Assembly (NCBI GenBank): GCA_018303885.1
Contig: JAGVXG010000001.1
Span: 11,746-75,745 of the forward strand
Length of the DNA: 64,000 nt
Direction: 5' to 3'
DNA from: Candidatus Pacearchaeota archaeon
Lineage (GTDB): Archaea > Nanobdellota > Nanobdellia > Pacearchaeales > GW2011-AR1
Part shown: positions 27,821 to 37,062 of the stretch, piece after piece
How the letters are laid out: the number at the start of each line of letters is the position of its first letter
Position numbering within the stretch: position 1 is the first letter of the stretch
Notes under the pieces: generated by a model
What the model was told of the DNA's origin: nothing
Seen by the model: the letters and a program-made list of their open reading frames with translations, nothing else
Database searches by the model: none
Translations under genes and position numbers: made by a program

Positions 27821-29083
27821 ATGCCAAAAGTAAGAATTGTCAATGAACTTGTTTCTAGAGAAAGAATTCCGGCAGGAAGAAACTATGCTAAATTTGCAGC
27901 AGAGCAGATAAGACCTGTTAATAGGTATCTTTTGGAATGGCTTGCTAGACAATCTTTTGCTTCTTATTCCCCAGATCCAACCTATGGGGAAATTAAAATA
28001 GAGGGAAGTTCCAATTATCTCGGTTTAGATATGAAACCTTATCAAGATTGTGTTAGTTGGAGTTTACGATTTAATCATAAAGTAAAAGAACCTGAAAGGC
28101 GTAGACATTCTCTCGGACCACATATTTTAAGTGATGCACTATTGCATATTGACAGGTTACCTGATGTTTCTAGATACAATAGCGGTCCTAGATTTTTTTC
28201 AACTTTAGATTATATTGATGTAAGGGTGGAAAATGGAGAGCGGGGATGGGTAAAACAAGGAATATTTCCGGTAGGCCCTCATATAAAGGGAGAAGAAAAT
28301 TCCCAGATTCTAGCATTCACTGACACAAGAAGAAATGCTGAAGTAGGATTCAGGGCAGCAATAGACTGGGCAAAATTCAGGACAATGGCTATCGCATGTA
28401 GCTCTTACGCTCTTGATCTCTTGAAAAGGGAAAAAATAGAAACTTGGGAGGATGGAGAAGCCTTTAGATATAAAATGGAAAAAACAATTCCCCTCATGGT
28501 TCAACTATTCCCTGACACAAGAAAGAGAACAGGACCATCTTCTCTGAAGCCTTACTATGAACCAGGTATCCTTGAAACAACAGTTGCCTTTATGCTTGGT
28601 GAAGATATAGATCCTAATTTTGGACCAAGACGCAAAAGAAGATATCCTATACATTACACTGAAGGTTCACCCGTGGAAATTTTTCCGCGACCCGGGAAAA
28701 AGAATGAATATGATGCAGTACTCCCTTTCAGGATTGCTTTAATGAGCAGTGTTGAAGGTGAAGAGATAGGAGATGTTTTGGAGCGCCACCTTTCGAAACG
28801 TCTTCCTGATGACTTTAAGATTTCATTTAAAGGGAATTATATGTATGTAAGACTTCATGTTCCAGAAGCCCATAAAACAATAGTGGAGTTAAAAGAAAAC
28901 AAAAAAACTGAACTTCAACATAGAATAGGGGATCTTTCGCAAGTTCTTCATGAGATAGATTATCTTAGAAGGGTTTGGGAAGAAGATCAAATGCCTGCCA
29001 TTAGAAAAGGATATCAAGGGATGGTAGATGCAGCAAGACAGGAACATTTTGGAAAAATAAGAGCTCTGAGAATTAATCTATAA
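27821..29083 (+). CDS. Hypothetical protein, apparently higher GC than surroundings
   Basis: 420 aa; Arg-rich, no motif recognised; directly downstream of tRNA-Asp. Confidence 0.5.
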   Translation: MPKVRIVNELVSRERIPAGRNYAKFAAEQIRPVNRYLLEWLARQSFASYSPDPTYGEIKIEGSSNYLGLDMKPYQDCVSWSLRFNHKVKEPERRRHSLGPHILSDALLHIDRLPDVSRYNSGPRFFSTLDYIDVRVENGERGWVKQGIFPVGPHIKGEENSQILAFTDTRRNAEVGFRAAIDWAKFRTMAIACSSYALDLLKREKIETWEDGEAFRYKMEKTIPLMVQLFPDTRKRTGPSSLKPYYEPGILETTVAFMLGEDIDPNFGPRRKRRYPIHYTEGSPVEIFPRPGKKNEYDAVLPFRIALMSSVEGEEIGDVLERHLSKRLPDDFKISFKGNYMYVRLHVPEAHKTIVELKENKKTELQHRIGDLSQVLHEIDYLRRVWEEDQMPAIRKGYQGMVDAARQEHFGKIRALRINL

Positions 29084-29515
29084 ATCATCCTTCTTTGTCA
29101 AATCTTCAGGAACCCTATATTCTTCCCAGCGAACCCTCTTTTTTTCTATGGTTTCTTTCAAGCTTTTTTCTTGCGGCGAAAGCTTTGATTTTCCACTTTT
29201 GGCTTCGACAAATACAACTTCTGTTATGTTTTTTTCATCCATGCCTTTGAATACGATAAAATCAACAGGCTTTCCTAAAAATCTGCATTCTGTTGGAAGA
29301 TAATTGAAATCTGGGAGGTAAGGCGCGAGCTGTTCTGAAAATTGCCCACCTAAAACAGCCCTTGACTTCATTATAGCGTCTTTCCTGTGATCTGGGATAG
29401 TGTCTTGCCAGTATTTATCCCTACGGAAAGCGCCTGATTTGAAGCCAATAGTGTATGCTATTGCAATTCCGATAAGAAAAATAGCGATAAGAATTATTGT
29501 GAAAAAGTCAACCAT
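29078..29515 (-). CDS. Membrane-anchored restriction-endonuclease-fold protein (archaeal Holliday-junction-resolvase-related, Endonuc_Holl-like)
   Basis: 145 aa; N-terminal TM; ...VDFIVFKGMDEKNITEVVFVEAKSGKSKLSPQEKSL... resembles PD-(D/E)xK (D...EAK) nuclease core. Confidence 0.4.
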   Translation of the reverse strand: MVDFFTIILIAIFLIGIAIAYTIGFKSGAFRRDKYWQDTIPDHRKDAIMKSRAVLGGQFSEQLAPYLPDFNYLPTECRFLGKPVDFIVFKGMDEKNITEVVFVEAKSGKSKLSPQEKSLKETIEKKRVRWEEYRVPEDLTKKDDL

Positions 29516-29533
29516 ACAAAAAGAGAAGAAAAA

Positions 29534-29677
29534 TTCTATTTAAAACTTGCTATGAAAAAATTGTGATTTGATATAGAATCATATTTGATTTTATTTTAAT
29601 GGTAAATCTATTTAAAACTTGCTATGAAAAAATTGTGATTTGATATAGAATCATATTTGATTTTATTTTAATGGTAA
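29534..29677. repeat. Perfect tandem direct repeat, 2 x 72 bp
   Basis: Unit tctatttaaaacttgctatgaaaaaattgtgatttgatatagaatcatatttgattttattttaatggtaaa occurs twice back-to-back (29534..29605, 29606..29677); each copy carries TATA-like tttaaaa. Confidence 0.9.
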
Positions 29678-29755
29678 ATTACCTTAGTGCACAACCGCGC
29701 CCCGCACTAAAAAATTAGCAAAAAATTTAGCGGCGAGGTTTGATTAAAATATGTT

Positions 29756-30007
29756 CTACTTACCAAACTTCATAACCTTAACATTCTTTAACATAGCAAT
29801 TTTTGGTGCAACGTTTTTGTATAAAGATTCTAACTCTTTGATATTCATTTCAACTATCCCCGAGCTGCTTTTTCCCCTAAAACATATGGAAACAGACGCC
29901 TCTTTTGGCTTTAAAAAATCCTCATTAATCAAAACTTCCTTTATCTGGCCAGATGTTTCAACACGAACAAGCCCGTCTTCATTATGTTTTTTTGCTTTGA
30001 TTTTCAT
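29756..30007 (-). CDS. Hypothetical small protein
   Basis: 83 aa; overlaps upstream ORF by 4 nt (ATGA). Confidence 0.35.
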   Translation of the reverse strand: MKIKAKKHNEDGLVRVETSGQIKEVLINEDFLKPKEASVSICFRGKSSSGIVEMNIKELESLYKNVAPKIAMLKNVKVMKFGK

Positions 30008-30231
30008 CTGAAATCTCCAGAAACTTTTAATTCGAGACTCTCAACTTCTGGGCGCATTAAAATATCTCTAATTGCTCTTTCCAAATCTCTTAATGCTTCT
30101 GGGACTTCTTCGACTTCAACTCTTTTATCATTATGAGTTAGTTCGATTGAATAGCCCGGCATATTTAAGTAATTTGGTTTATACTCTTCAGAATCTATTC
30201 TTTTTTTTCTAACAAACTTATACACATCCAT
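30004..30231 (-). CDS. Hypothetical small protein
   Basis: 75 aa; follows serS. Confidence 0.4.
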   Translation of the reverse strand: MDVYKFVRKKRIDSEEYKPNYLNMPGYSIELTHNDKRVEVEEVPEALRDLERAIRDILMRPEVESLELKVSGDFR

Positions 30232-30279
30232 CTAAAACTAATATAATAGTTATTTATAAGAATATATGGATTTTAATGG

Positions 30280-31572
30280 TTATTTTGGTTTGTTAGTTCC
30301 AACAATCTTCTTCTTTCCACCCATGTACTTTTGCAAAACAGTAGGAATCTTTACTGAGCCGTCTTTTTGCTGGAAGTTCTCGAGAATTGCAACCATGATT
30401 CTAGATGTTGCCAAAGCAGTGTTGTTTAATGTGTGTAAAACATAACGCTCTCCTTTGGAACCCAAGGCACGAATATTTAAATCGCGAGCTTGGTAATCTG
30501 TGCAGTTGCTCAAGCTTCCAACTTCTCCGTAACTCTGTGTTGTTGGGCGCCAGACTTCAATGTCTTCGCTACGGGCTTTCCAATCGCTGAGATCTGCAGA
30601 ACACATTTCAACAATTCTATACGGCAGTTTTAGTTTTTTCATGATTTCTTCTGCATTTTTCCGCAATTCATCATAATATTTCCAGGAATCTTTCGGCTTG
30701 CAGAAAATGAACTGCTCGACTTTGTTGAACTGATGTGTACGCCAAAGTCCTTTTTCATTTATTCCATGTGCACCGATTTCTTTTCTTAAGCTCATACTAT
30801 AACCAAAGAACTTCAAAGGAAGATTTTCTTCGGGAATTGTTTTATCTGACATCATTCCAAGCATTGCATGTTCTGCTGTTGGAATCATGTACAAATCCTC
30901 GCCCTCAATTTTATAAAGAGCATTTTTGAATGCGTTTAAATCACCGGCAGCAGCAGCTACTTTTTTAGTCATCATTAACGGCGGCTCAATATATGTATAC
31001 TTTTTTTTAGTCATGTGTTCTATAGCAAATTGAATCAGTGCCTGATTTAACAATCCAAGATCGTTTTTCAAATAATAAAATCCATTGCCGGCAACTTTTG
31101 CAGAGGCGTCAAAGTCCCCTAAGCCAGAAGACTCAATAATTTCCACATGTGTCTTTGGCGTGAAGGCAAGTTTTGTTTTTTTGCCAACGACTTTTCTTAC
31201 CTTGTTGTCTTTGTCAGATTTTCCTTTTGGAACACCGGGATGCATTAAGTTTGGGATTTCCTTAAGAAAAAAACTTAACTGTGCAAACACCTCGCCTTCT
31301 TCCTCTTCAAGTTTTTTCAGTTTTTCAGGAATTTCTTGAGCTCTTAAAATTAACTCTCTGGCTTTCTTTTCATCCTTTTTTTTCTTTGCCTGGTTTATTG
31401 CCTCTGAAACCGAGTTTCTTTCTGAACGCAAGTCATCTGCTTGTTTTTTTAAGCCGCGCCATTTTTCATCGACTGCAAGAAGTTTTTTGACAAGTTCTGG
31501 ATTTTTACCCTTTTTCTCAATGTTTTTTTTGTACAATTCAGGACGCTCTCTCAAGTCTTTGAGGTCAATCAT
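30280..31572 (-). CDS. serS: Seryl-tRNA synthetase
   Basis: 430 aa; N-terminal coiled-coil arm, class II motifs (FRxE-like, GSALA-like ...NNTALATSR). Confidence 0.9.
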   Translation of the reverse strand: MIDLKDLRERPELYKKNIEKKGKNPELVKKLLAVDEKWRGLKKQADDLRSERNSVSEAINQAKKKKDEKKARELILRAQEIPEKLKKLEEEEGEVFAQLSFFLKEIPNLMHPGVPKGKSDKDNKVRKVVGKKTKLAFTPKTHVEIIESSGLGDFDASAKVAGNGFYYLKNDLGLLNQALIQFAIEHMTKKKYTYIEPPLMMTKKVAAAAGDLNAFKNALYKIEGEDLYMIPTAEHAMLGMMSDKTIPEENLPLKFFGYSMSLRKEIGAHGINEKGLWRTHQFNKVEQFIFCKPKDSWKYYDELRKNAEEIMKKLKLPYRIVEMCSADLSDWKARSEDIEVWRPTTQSYGEVGSLSNCTDYQARDLNIRALGSKGERYVLHTLNNTALATSRIMVAILENFQQKDGSVKIPTVLQKYMGGKKKIVGTNKPK

Positions 31573-31642
31573 ATATTGAATTAGAAAGAATTCTATTTAA
31601 ATTTATTGAAACATTTAAAAACAAAAAAGCTTAACTTTATTC

Positions 31643-32269
31643 ATGGCTTTTGAAGAGGTGGCTTTAGGTTTAGTTGAAGCGTATAAATCAATTGTTTCTG
31701 CTGCGCCTGTTCAGTTTCAGAGCTTCATCTCATTGTTTTTTATCGTGGTTTTGATGGTGATTTACTCTGTTTTCGCTTGGAAACTTGACAGACTTATTGG
31801 AACAAAAAACATTTTTTCCTTGAACTTAAACCAGTATAATATATCAAAACATAAATTCTTGACAGCTGTCCTTTATTTTCTTGAATATATAATAATTCTG
31901 CCGATAATTATCTTGTTTACATTTGCTGTATTTAGCATTTTTCTTATATTAGTAATACAGTTAGATTTGAGCGTAATTTTGTTTATTTCTGCAGCCGTAG
32001 TTGCAACTGTTCGTGTGGCAACATATATTCCAAAATACGGCGAACATCTTGCTAGAGAGATTGCAAAACTTTTACCATTTACTCTTTTAGCTATTGCCCT
32101 TCTCGCACCCGGATTTTTTGACATTGAAAGAATCTTGGGGAATGTCGCACAAATCGGAGACTTTTTTGGCCTGATAATAAATTATTTCCTGTTCATAGTA
32201 ATTCTTGAAGTGCTCCTCAGATTTTTTGAATTTTTTCTGGATTTGATTGGGTTGAAGAATACGAACTAA
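31643..32269 (+). CDS. Hypothetical membrane protein
   Basis: 208 aa; 5-6 TM. Confidence 0.45.
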   Translation: MAFEEVALGLVEAYKSIVSAAPVQFQSFISLFFIVVLMVIYSVFAWKLDRLIGTKNIFSLNLNQYNISKHKFLTAVLYFLEYIIILPIIILFTFAVFSIFLILVIQLDLSVILFISAAVVATVRVATYIPKYGEHLAREIAKLLPFTLLAIALLAPGFFDIERILGNVAQIGDFFGLIINYFLFIVILEVLLRFFEFFLDLIGLKNTN

Positions 32270-32287
32270 GAAGGCAAAAAGGAAAAA

Positions 32288-33994
32288 TCAATTCTTCTCA
32301 ACAAAAGGATGATCTTGGCCACGAGCAAATCTTTGCTTTAGCATTGTAATGTGTTTTTCACGTTCTTTTTTGTAACCCTCTGGATTTATTTTTATTTCTC
32401 TAATCATTTCTGCTAAGTATTCTCCCCCGAGGAAATGTGGCGTTAAAACATAATCTGCGCCTTCTTTATACAATTGCATCGCGTCTTCTATTGAATGCGC
32501 CCTTAAAGTCACTATTGTGTTTTTGTTTGCTGTCTTTATCTTTTTTAAGATTAATTCATTTGTTTCTAATTCAGGTATTGTGGATACGACAATTTTGAGA
32601 TTTTTCAAAGGCAATTCCTCGAGAAGTGCTTCATCATCAACATCGCCATATACAGAAGGTATGCCTAATTTTTTAAGATTGGAAATCGTGTCTGGATTGA
32701 AATCGACAACAAGATAGTTTTCTTTGATTTTTTTCAACGAAGTCAGGATACCAAAACCAATCCTGTTATATCCGAACAAGACAGCGTCAACATTTTGGTT
32801 TATTTTTCTTTTCTCTTTCAACTTTTTTCTTTCGAATATTGACAGGTATTTTGAAAAGAAAGAATATAGCTTATTTGAGTAAATTATCATGTAAGTACAT
32901 AGCGCTATTGTGATTAAAGCTGTCAGTGTTATTAATGATAATATTTCGCTTGGAATATGGCCATTTTTTGTTCCTAATGCTATCACGATTAATGAAAATT
33001 CGCCTATCTGAGCAACTGTTAAACCTGCGAAGAAGCTTGTTTTTTTAGTGTATCCTTCAAAACCCATTAAAGCCATGACAATTAAAGGATTTCCTATAAT
33101 GATAACCAAAGAGAAAACAATTGCGGGAATTAAAAGCTGACTTGCGTTGCTTATTGCTATTTGTGAGCCCAGGAGCAGGAAGAAAGATATTATGAAAAAA
33201 TCCCTCAGTGGCTTCAGTTTTGAGCTTATCTCTAATTGATAGGGCGAAACAGAAAGCAAAACCCCGGCAATCAAGGCGCCGACTTCAATTGACAATCCGG
33301 CGTAAAAGAATAAAGATGCAAGCCCGAGCCCCCATGTAATAGCAAATAAAAATAGAAGCTCTTGAGACCTCGCAAAAAACCTCTGTAACTTTGGCAGGAT
33401 GTAAATGCTTATTGGCGCGAGAATCAAAACAAGGAAAGTTCCTTTCAGAAGAGTTAAGCCCATTTCACTAATAAATCCTGCTCCTGTCGAATAAGACGAA
33501 ACCATTATTATAACCAGAATAGCAACAAAGTCCTGAACTAGAAGAAATCCTATGGAAATTTTTCCGTAAAGGTTGTCTAAGTCACCTTTGTCAGAAAGCA
33601 GTTTCAGTATTATAATTGTGCTGCTGAATGTCAGTGCAATTGCGATGTATAAAGACGTTAATGGTGTGTATCCAAGAAGAATTCCTATAAAATAACCTAT
33701 AATTGTTGTGAAAATAATCTGTCCAATGCCGGTAATGAGTGAAATTCTACCAACTTCTTTTACTATTTTCGGAGACAAGTGCAATCCGACAATAAAAAGA
33801 AGGAATGCTATGCCGAATTCAGAGAATGTTTGAATTTCTTTTATGCCCGGTAAAACCCCAAAAAAATACGGGCCGACTATAATTCCAGATATTATGTATC
33901 CAATAATTAACGGCTGCCGCAAAATTCTCATAATAAAAGAGGCAGCTAAAACAATCAGAATTACCAGGCTAATTTGAATAAATACGTCGCTCAT
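32288..33994 (-). CDS. Monovalent cation:proton antiporter-2 (CPA2, Kef-type) with C-terminal TrkA-N/RCK domain
   Basis: 568 aa; about 12 TM Na_H_Exchanger core; C-terminal Rossmann VLFGYNRIGFGILTSL...VVDFNPD. Confidence 0.8.
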   Translation of the reverse strand: MSDVFIQISLVILIVLAASFIMRILRQPLIIGYIISGIIVGPYFFGVLPGIKEIQTFSEFGIAFLLFIVGLHLSPKIVKEVGRISLITGIGQIIFTTIIGYFIGILLGYTPLTSLYIAIALTFSSTIIILKLLSDKGDLDNLYGKISIGFLLVQDFVAILVIIMVSSYSTGAGFISEMGLTLLKGTFLVLILAPISIYILPKLQRFFARSQELLFLFAITWGLGLASLFFYAGLSIEVGALIAGVLLSVSPYQLEISSKLKPLRDFFIISFFLLLGSQIAISNASQLLIPAIVFSLVIIIGNPLIVMALMGFEGYTKKTSFFAGLTVAQIGEFSLIVIALGTKNGHIPSEILSLITLTALITIALCTYMIIYSNKLYSFFSKYLSIFERKKLKEKRKINQNVDAVLFGYNRIGFGILTSLKKIKENYLVVDFNPDTISNLKKLGIPSVYGDVDDEALLEELPLKNLKIVVSTIPELETNELILKKIKTANKNTIVTLRAHSIEDAMQLYKEGADYVLTPHFLGGEYLAEMIREIKINPEGYKKEREKHITMLKQRFARGQDHPFVEKN

Positions 33995-34122
33995 TTTCCT
34001 CTTTTATTACAGCAATAATAAAAAGAAATAGTATAAAAAGGTTTTTAAACGAAGATAGAATTTCTATATCATGCCAAGGCTGGGAAATTAAAAGATTTTC
34101 CGCTAATGTCATTTACAAGAAA

Positions 34123-34431
34123 ATGCCAAAAGTAAGAATCAAACTAAACAGCACAGACATAGAAATGATTAATAGTATTTGCAATTCTATCAGAGACATA
34201 GCAAGCAAATCAGGAATTACTATTTCAGGGCCAGTGCCACTTCCAACGAAAAAATTGAGAATAACGACGAGAAAATCCCCATGCGGAAACGGAACCGCAA
34301 CCTTTGACAATTACGAAATGCGAATCCATAAACGTCTTATTGACCTTCCGGCAAATGAAAAAGTCCTCCATCATATAATGAGGATGCAGATTCCAAAGAA
34401 TGTCAATATTAAGATTGAGATGAAGGATTAA
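34123..34431 (+). CDS. rps10: 30S ribosomal protein S10 (uS10)
   Basis: 102 aa; MPKVRIKL..., ISGPVPLPTKKLRITTRKSP...YEMRIHKRLIDL. Confidence 0.85.
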   Translation: MPKVRIKLNSTDIEMINSICNSIRDIASKSGITISGPVPLPTKKLRITTRKSPCGNGTATFDNYEMRIHKRLIDLPANEKVLHHIMRMQIPKNVNIKIEMKD

Positions 34432-34485
34432 GTATTACCTTTTTGCTACCACAATTCTTTTATACTACTTTTTAGATTTTCTTCT

Positions 34486-34929
34486 ATGACTAGATTACTA
34501 AACATCTATTTTTTCGGTTCTATTTTTGGAGCAGAATCGAACAGACCTCTTGTTAAAGAACTGCTTGGACATGTAAAAACAAAAGGCCATGTTTTAAGCG
34601 AACACCTTTTTGATGATGATTACAGAACAAAAGAGACTTTAGATGCAAAAGGGATTCGTATTAGAGACCTAACTTGGATTAGGCAGTCAGATGTTTTAGT
34701 TGGAGATGTTACTGCTCCTAGTTTGGGTGTCGGGTACGAACTAAGGGACGCAGAGATTCTAGCTAAGCCAATTCTTGCCCTTTATAATACGGCTCGAGAA
34801 GGGAAATTATCAGCAATGATTGAAGGAGCTGCGCCAGGAATAACCGTCGTTAGGTACTCTGACTTAATTGGAGCTAAAAATCACATCGATGAATTTTTTG
34901 AATATTTGAAACTAACTGGCTTCAGGTAA
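34486..34929 (+). CDS. 2'-deoxynucleoside 5'-phosphate N-hydrolase (DNPH1/Rcl family)
   Basis: 147 aa; IYFFGSIFGAESNR, ...DVLVGDVTAPSLGVGYELRDAE..., SAMIEGAAPG - close to DNPH1 signature. Confidence 0.65.
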   Translation: MTRLLNIYFFGSIFGAESNRPLVKELLGHVKTKGHVLSEHLFDDDYRTKETLDAKGIRIRDLTWIRQSDVLVGDVTAPSLGVGYELRDAEILAKPILALYNTAREGKLSAMIEGAAPGITVVRYSDLIGAKNHIDEFFEYLKLTGFR

Positions 34930-34988
34930 TTATGAAATATATTTCTTGGAACAGATTTCTTTTTAAAACAACAAATTCTTAAGAGTCC

Positions 34989-36353
34989 ATGGGCTCTGCT
35001 GACCTAGAAAAAAAGGCGACGGAATTGGATTCTTTGAATCATGTCAGAAGAGAAATTCCTGGTGGCGGAGAAGTTTATGTTTTGGACACTGGCGCGGTAA
35101 TAGACAGTGAAGGCGAAGCAATGCTTCAGGCACTTCATTCCAGATCTGTTGGAGGTCTCAAAAGCCATCTAGAGGCTCTTAAACAAAAAGGCGCTGCGAA
35201 TTTCATGAACAGTTTCTATGTCGGCTATGGGCATAAATCTATTGGAGACTGCGGATCCACAACAATATTTATTGAAGGAGTTTCTATGTTCGTAGCAAAG
35301 GCTATTCAAGATAACAGATTATACAACGGTCAAGAAGCGTCTACAAGATATATTGATTTTTCAAGACAACCTTTTGTTAATCCTATTGGAACTGCAGAAG
35401 GGCAGGAATTATTAGAGTCTCAAAGAAGATTTTATCTTTCTATTTTAGACCCGATAAGAAGATTTTTGAAAGAGCAAAACCCACAATCTGGAGGTGAGAA
35501 GGATAGTGTCTATGAGAAGGCTATCAATGCAAGAGCTTTTGATATTGCCAGGGGATTTTTGCCTGCCGGGGCAGCAACAAATTTGGCATGGCACTCAAAT
35601 CTGAGACAGGTTTCAGATAGGTTATTGTTTCTGCGACATCATCCTCTAGAAGAAGTAAGGAATGTTGCCCACACAGTAGAGGGGGCAGTCCTTGAAGCCC
35701 ATCCAAACTCATTTACAAATAAGAGATACTCTGATACAGAGTCTTACCAAGATTTAATTGCAGGAAATTATTTTTATCATAATCCTGATTCGCCAGATAT
35801 TTCTGTGACCTCTAATTTGGATTTATCTGGATTAAGAGGGATGAGAGAGTTAATCGATAAAAGACCTGAAAAAACAGAGCTTCCTAAATTTTTAAGCCAA
35901 GCGGGAACAATTCATGCTGAATTTAAATTAGATTTTGGTTCCTTCAGGGATTTACAGAGACATAGGGCACTAGATCAACGAATGCCCCTGTTAACTACAG
36001 ATATTGGTTTTAATTCGTGGTATTTAGAAAACCTGCCCGAAGAAACTAGGGGAAGTGCAGAGGACTTTTTAGCCAATTTAAGAAAAAGAGTTTGGGGATT
36101 GAACGCTTCTTTAGAGGTGCGCCAATATTACGTTCCTATGGGATTTAATACTTCAAATTCAATAAGTGGTGATCTTCCTGCTATGCTGTACATGGTGGAG
36201 TTAAGGTCAACGAGATTTGTTCATCCAACATTAAGAAGAGTGGCAAGGGGTATTGGAGAATATATTGGCGGCCTGGGAGTTCCAGTACATTTTGATTCAG
36301 AACCTGATAGATTTGATGTAAAGAGGGGGGAGCAAGATATTTTTATTAAATAA
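34989..36353 (+). CDS. ThyX-like (flavin-dependent thymidylate synthase fold) protein, unusually long (454 aa)
   Basis: N-half GHKSIGDCGSTTIFIEGVSMFVAKAIQDNRLYNGQEASTRY aligns with ThyX GHeS..E...tF.i.gvSR......RHR..S..q.SqRY but RHR degenerate (DNR); C-half carries FRDLQRHRALDQR. Confidence 0.5.
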   Translation: MGSADLEKKATELDSLNHVRREIPGGGEVYVLDTGAVIDSEGEAMLQALHSRSVGGLKSHLEALKQKGAANFMNSFYVGYGHKSIGDCGSTTIFIEGVSMFVAKAIQDNRLYNGQEASTRYIDFSRQPFVNPIGTAEGQELLESQRRFYLSILDPIRRFLKEQNPQSGGEKDSVYEKAINARAFDIARGFLPAGAATNLAWHSNLRQVSDRLLFLRHHPLEEVRNVAHTVEGAVLEAHPNSFTNKRYSDTESYQDLIAGNYFYHNPDSPDISVTSNLDLSGLRGMRELIDKRPEKTELPKFLSQAGTIHAEFKLDFGSFRDLQRHRALDQRMPLLTTDIGFNSWYLENLPEETRGSAEDFLANLRKRVWGLNASLEVRQYYVPMGFNTSNSISGDLPAMLYMVELRSTRFVHPTLRRVARGIGEYIGGLGVPVHFDSEPDRFDVKRGEQDIFIK

Positions 36354-36354
36354 A

Positions 36355-37017
36355 ATGCCAAAGACAAAAAGAGGTTTGTTCATTGCCTTTGAAGGAATTG
36401 ACGGAAGCGGAACAAGCACGCATGTTCATAAGTTAGAGGAGAGGATAGAAGATTTAGACAAGTATCAAGATGTTATTAGGACTCATGAGCCATGGAAAAA
36501 TGAAGAAATAAAAAGAAAATTAGAAAATGATAAAGTTGCTTATTCTGATGGGTTGAAGATGGCAGGACTTTATATTGAAGATCGGACCCAACATACGAGA
36601 CAAATAATTAGGCCTGCTTTAGAAGAACAAGGCATAGTTATTTTATGTAAACGATATAAAATGTCAACGTGCGCTTATCAATGGGCACAAGGCGTTCCAT
36701 TGCATGATTTGTTATCAATGCATAATCATCGTGGCCTTCTTGTTCCAGATTTGACGTTTTATTTAGATATTCCTAGAAAAGTTGCGGAAAGAAGAATTGA
36801 AAGAAGAAAGAAAACCGAAAAATTTGAGAAAGATCCAAGGTTCACAGAAAAACTGATTAAGGCTTATAATGCTTTATTGGGCTTATCAGAAGCTGACCCA
36901 AGGATTTTCGGGAAAGTAGTAAGAATAGATGGAAACAGAAGAATTCAACAAGTTTCAGAAGATATTTTTTCAGAATTTTTGCCTTTGTATAACTCTTGGA
37001 TTTCTAGAAATAGGTGA
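36355..37017 (+). CDS. tmk: Thymidylate kinase
   Basis: 220 aa; P-loop FIAFEGIDGSGTSTH, DRY-like ...ILCKRYKMSTCAYQ, lid region. Confidence 0.8.
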   Translation: MPKTKRGLFIAFEGIDGSGTSTHVHKLEERIEDLDKYQDVIRTHEPWKNEEIKRKLENDKVAYSDGLKMAGLYIEDRTQHTRQIIRPALEEQGIVILCKRYKMSTCAYQWAQGVPLHDLLSMHNHRGLLVPDLTFYLDIPRKVAERRIERRKKTEKFEKDPRFTEKLIKAYNALLGLSEADPRIFGKVVRIDGNRRIQQVSEDIFSEFLPLYNSWISRNR

Positions 37018-37018
37018 A

Positions 37019-37062
37019 CGCCCACACCAGGAGTCGAACCTGGGTGCCTGTTAGAGGGTAAT
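37019..37062 (-). other. tRNA 3'-half-like fragment (class II variable arm + T arm + acceptor 3' strand), no 5' half found
   Basis: Minus strand reads CCTCTAACAGGCAC-CCAGG-TTCGACT-CCTGG-TGTGGGC-G, about 85% identical to 3' half of tRNA-Ser at 38539..38619; no complementary 5' acceptor strand within 150 nt. Confidence 0.4.

Noticed and set aside
29751-30011. Plus-strand 86-aa ORF opposite 29756..30007
   Set aside because: Its translation is dominated by F, L, S and I, which is typical antisense composition. The minus-strand ORF pair forms a coupled unit with serS.
34123-34431. Possibility that the S10 gene marks the start of the conserved S10-spc ribosomal operon
   Set aside because: The downstream genes are DNPH1-like, ThyX-like and Tmk rather than L3, L4 or L23. 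S10 is isolated here, as is common in archaea where it follows EF-1alpha elsewhere.
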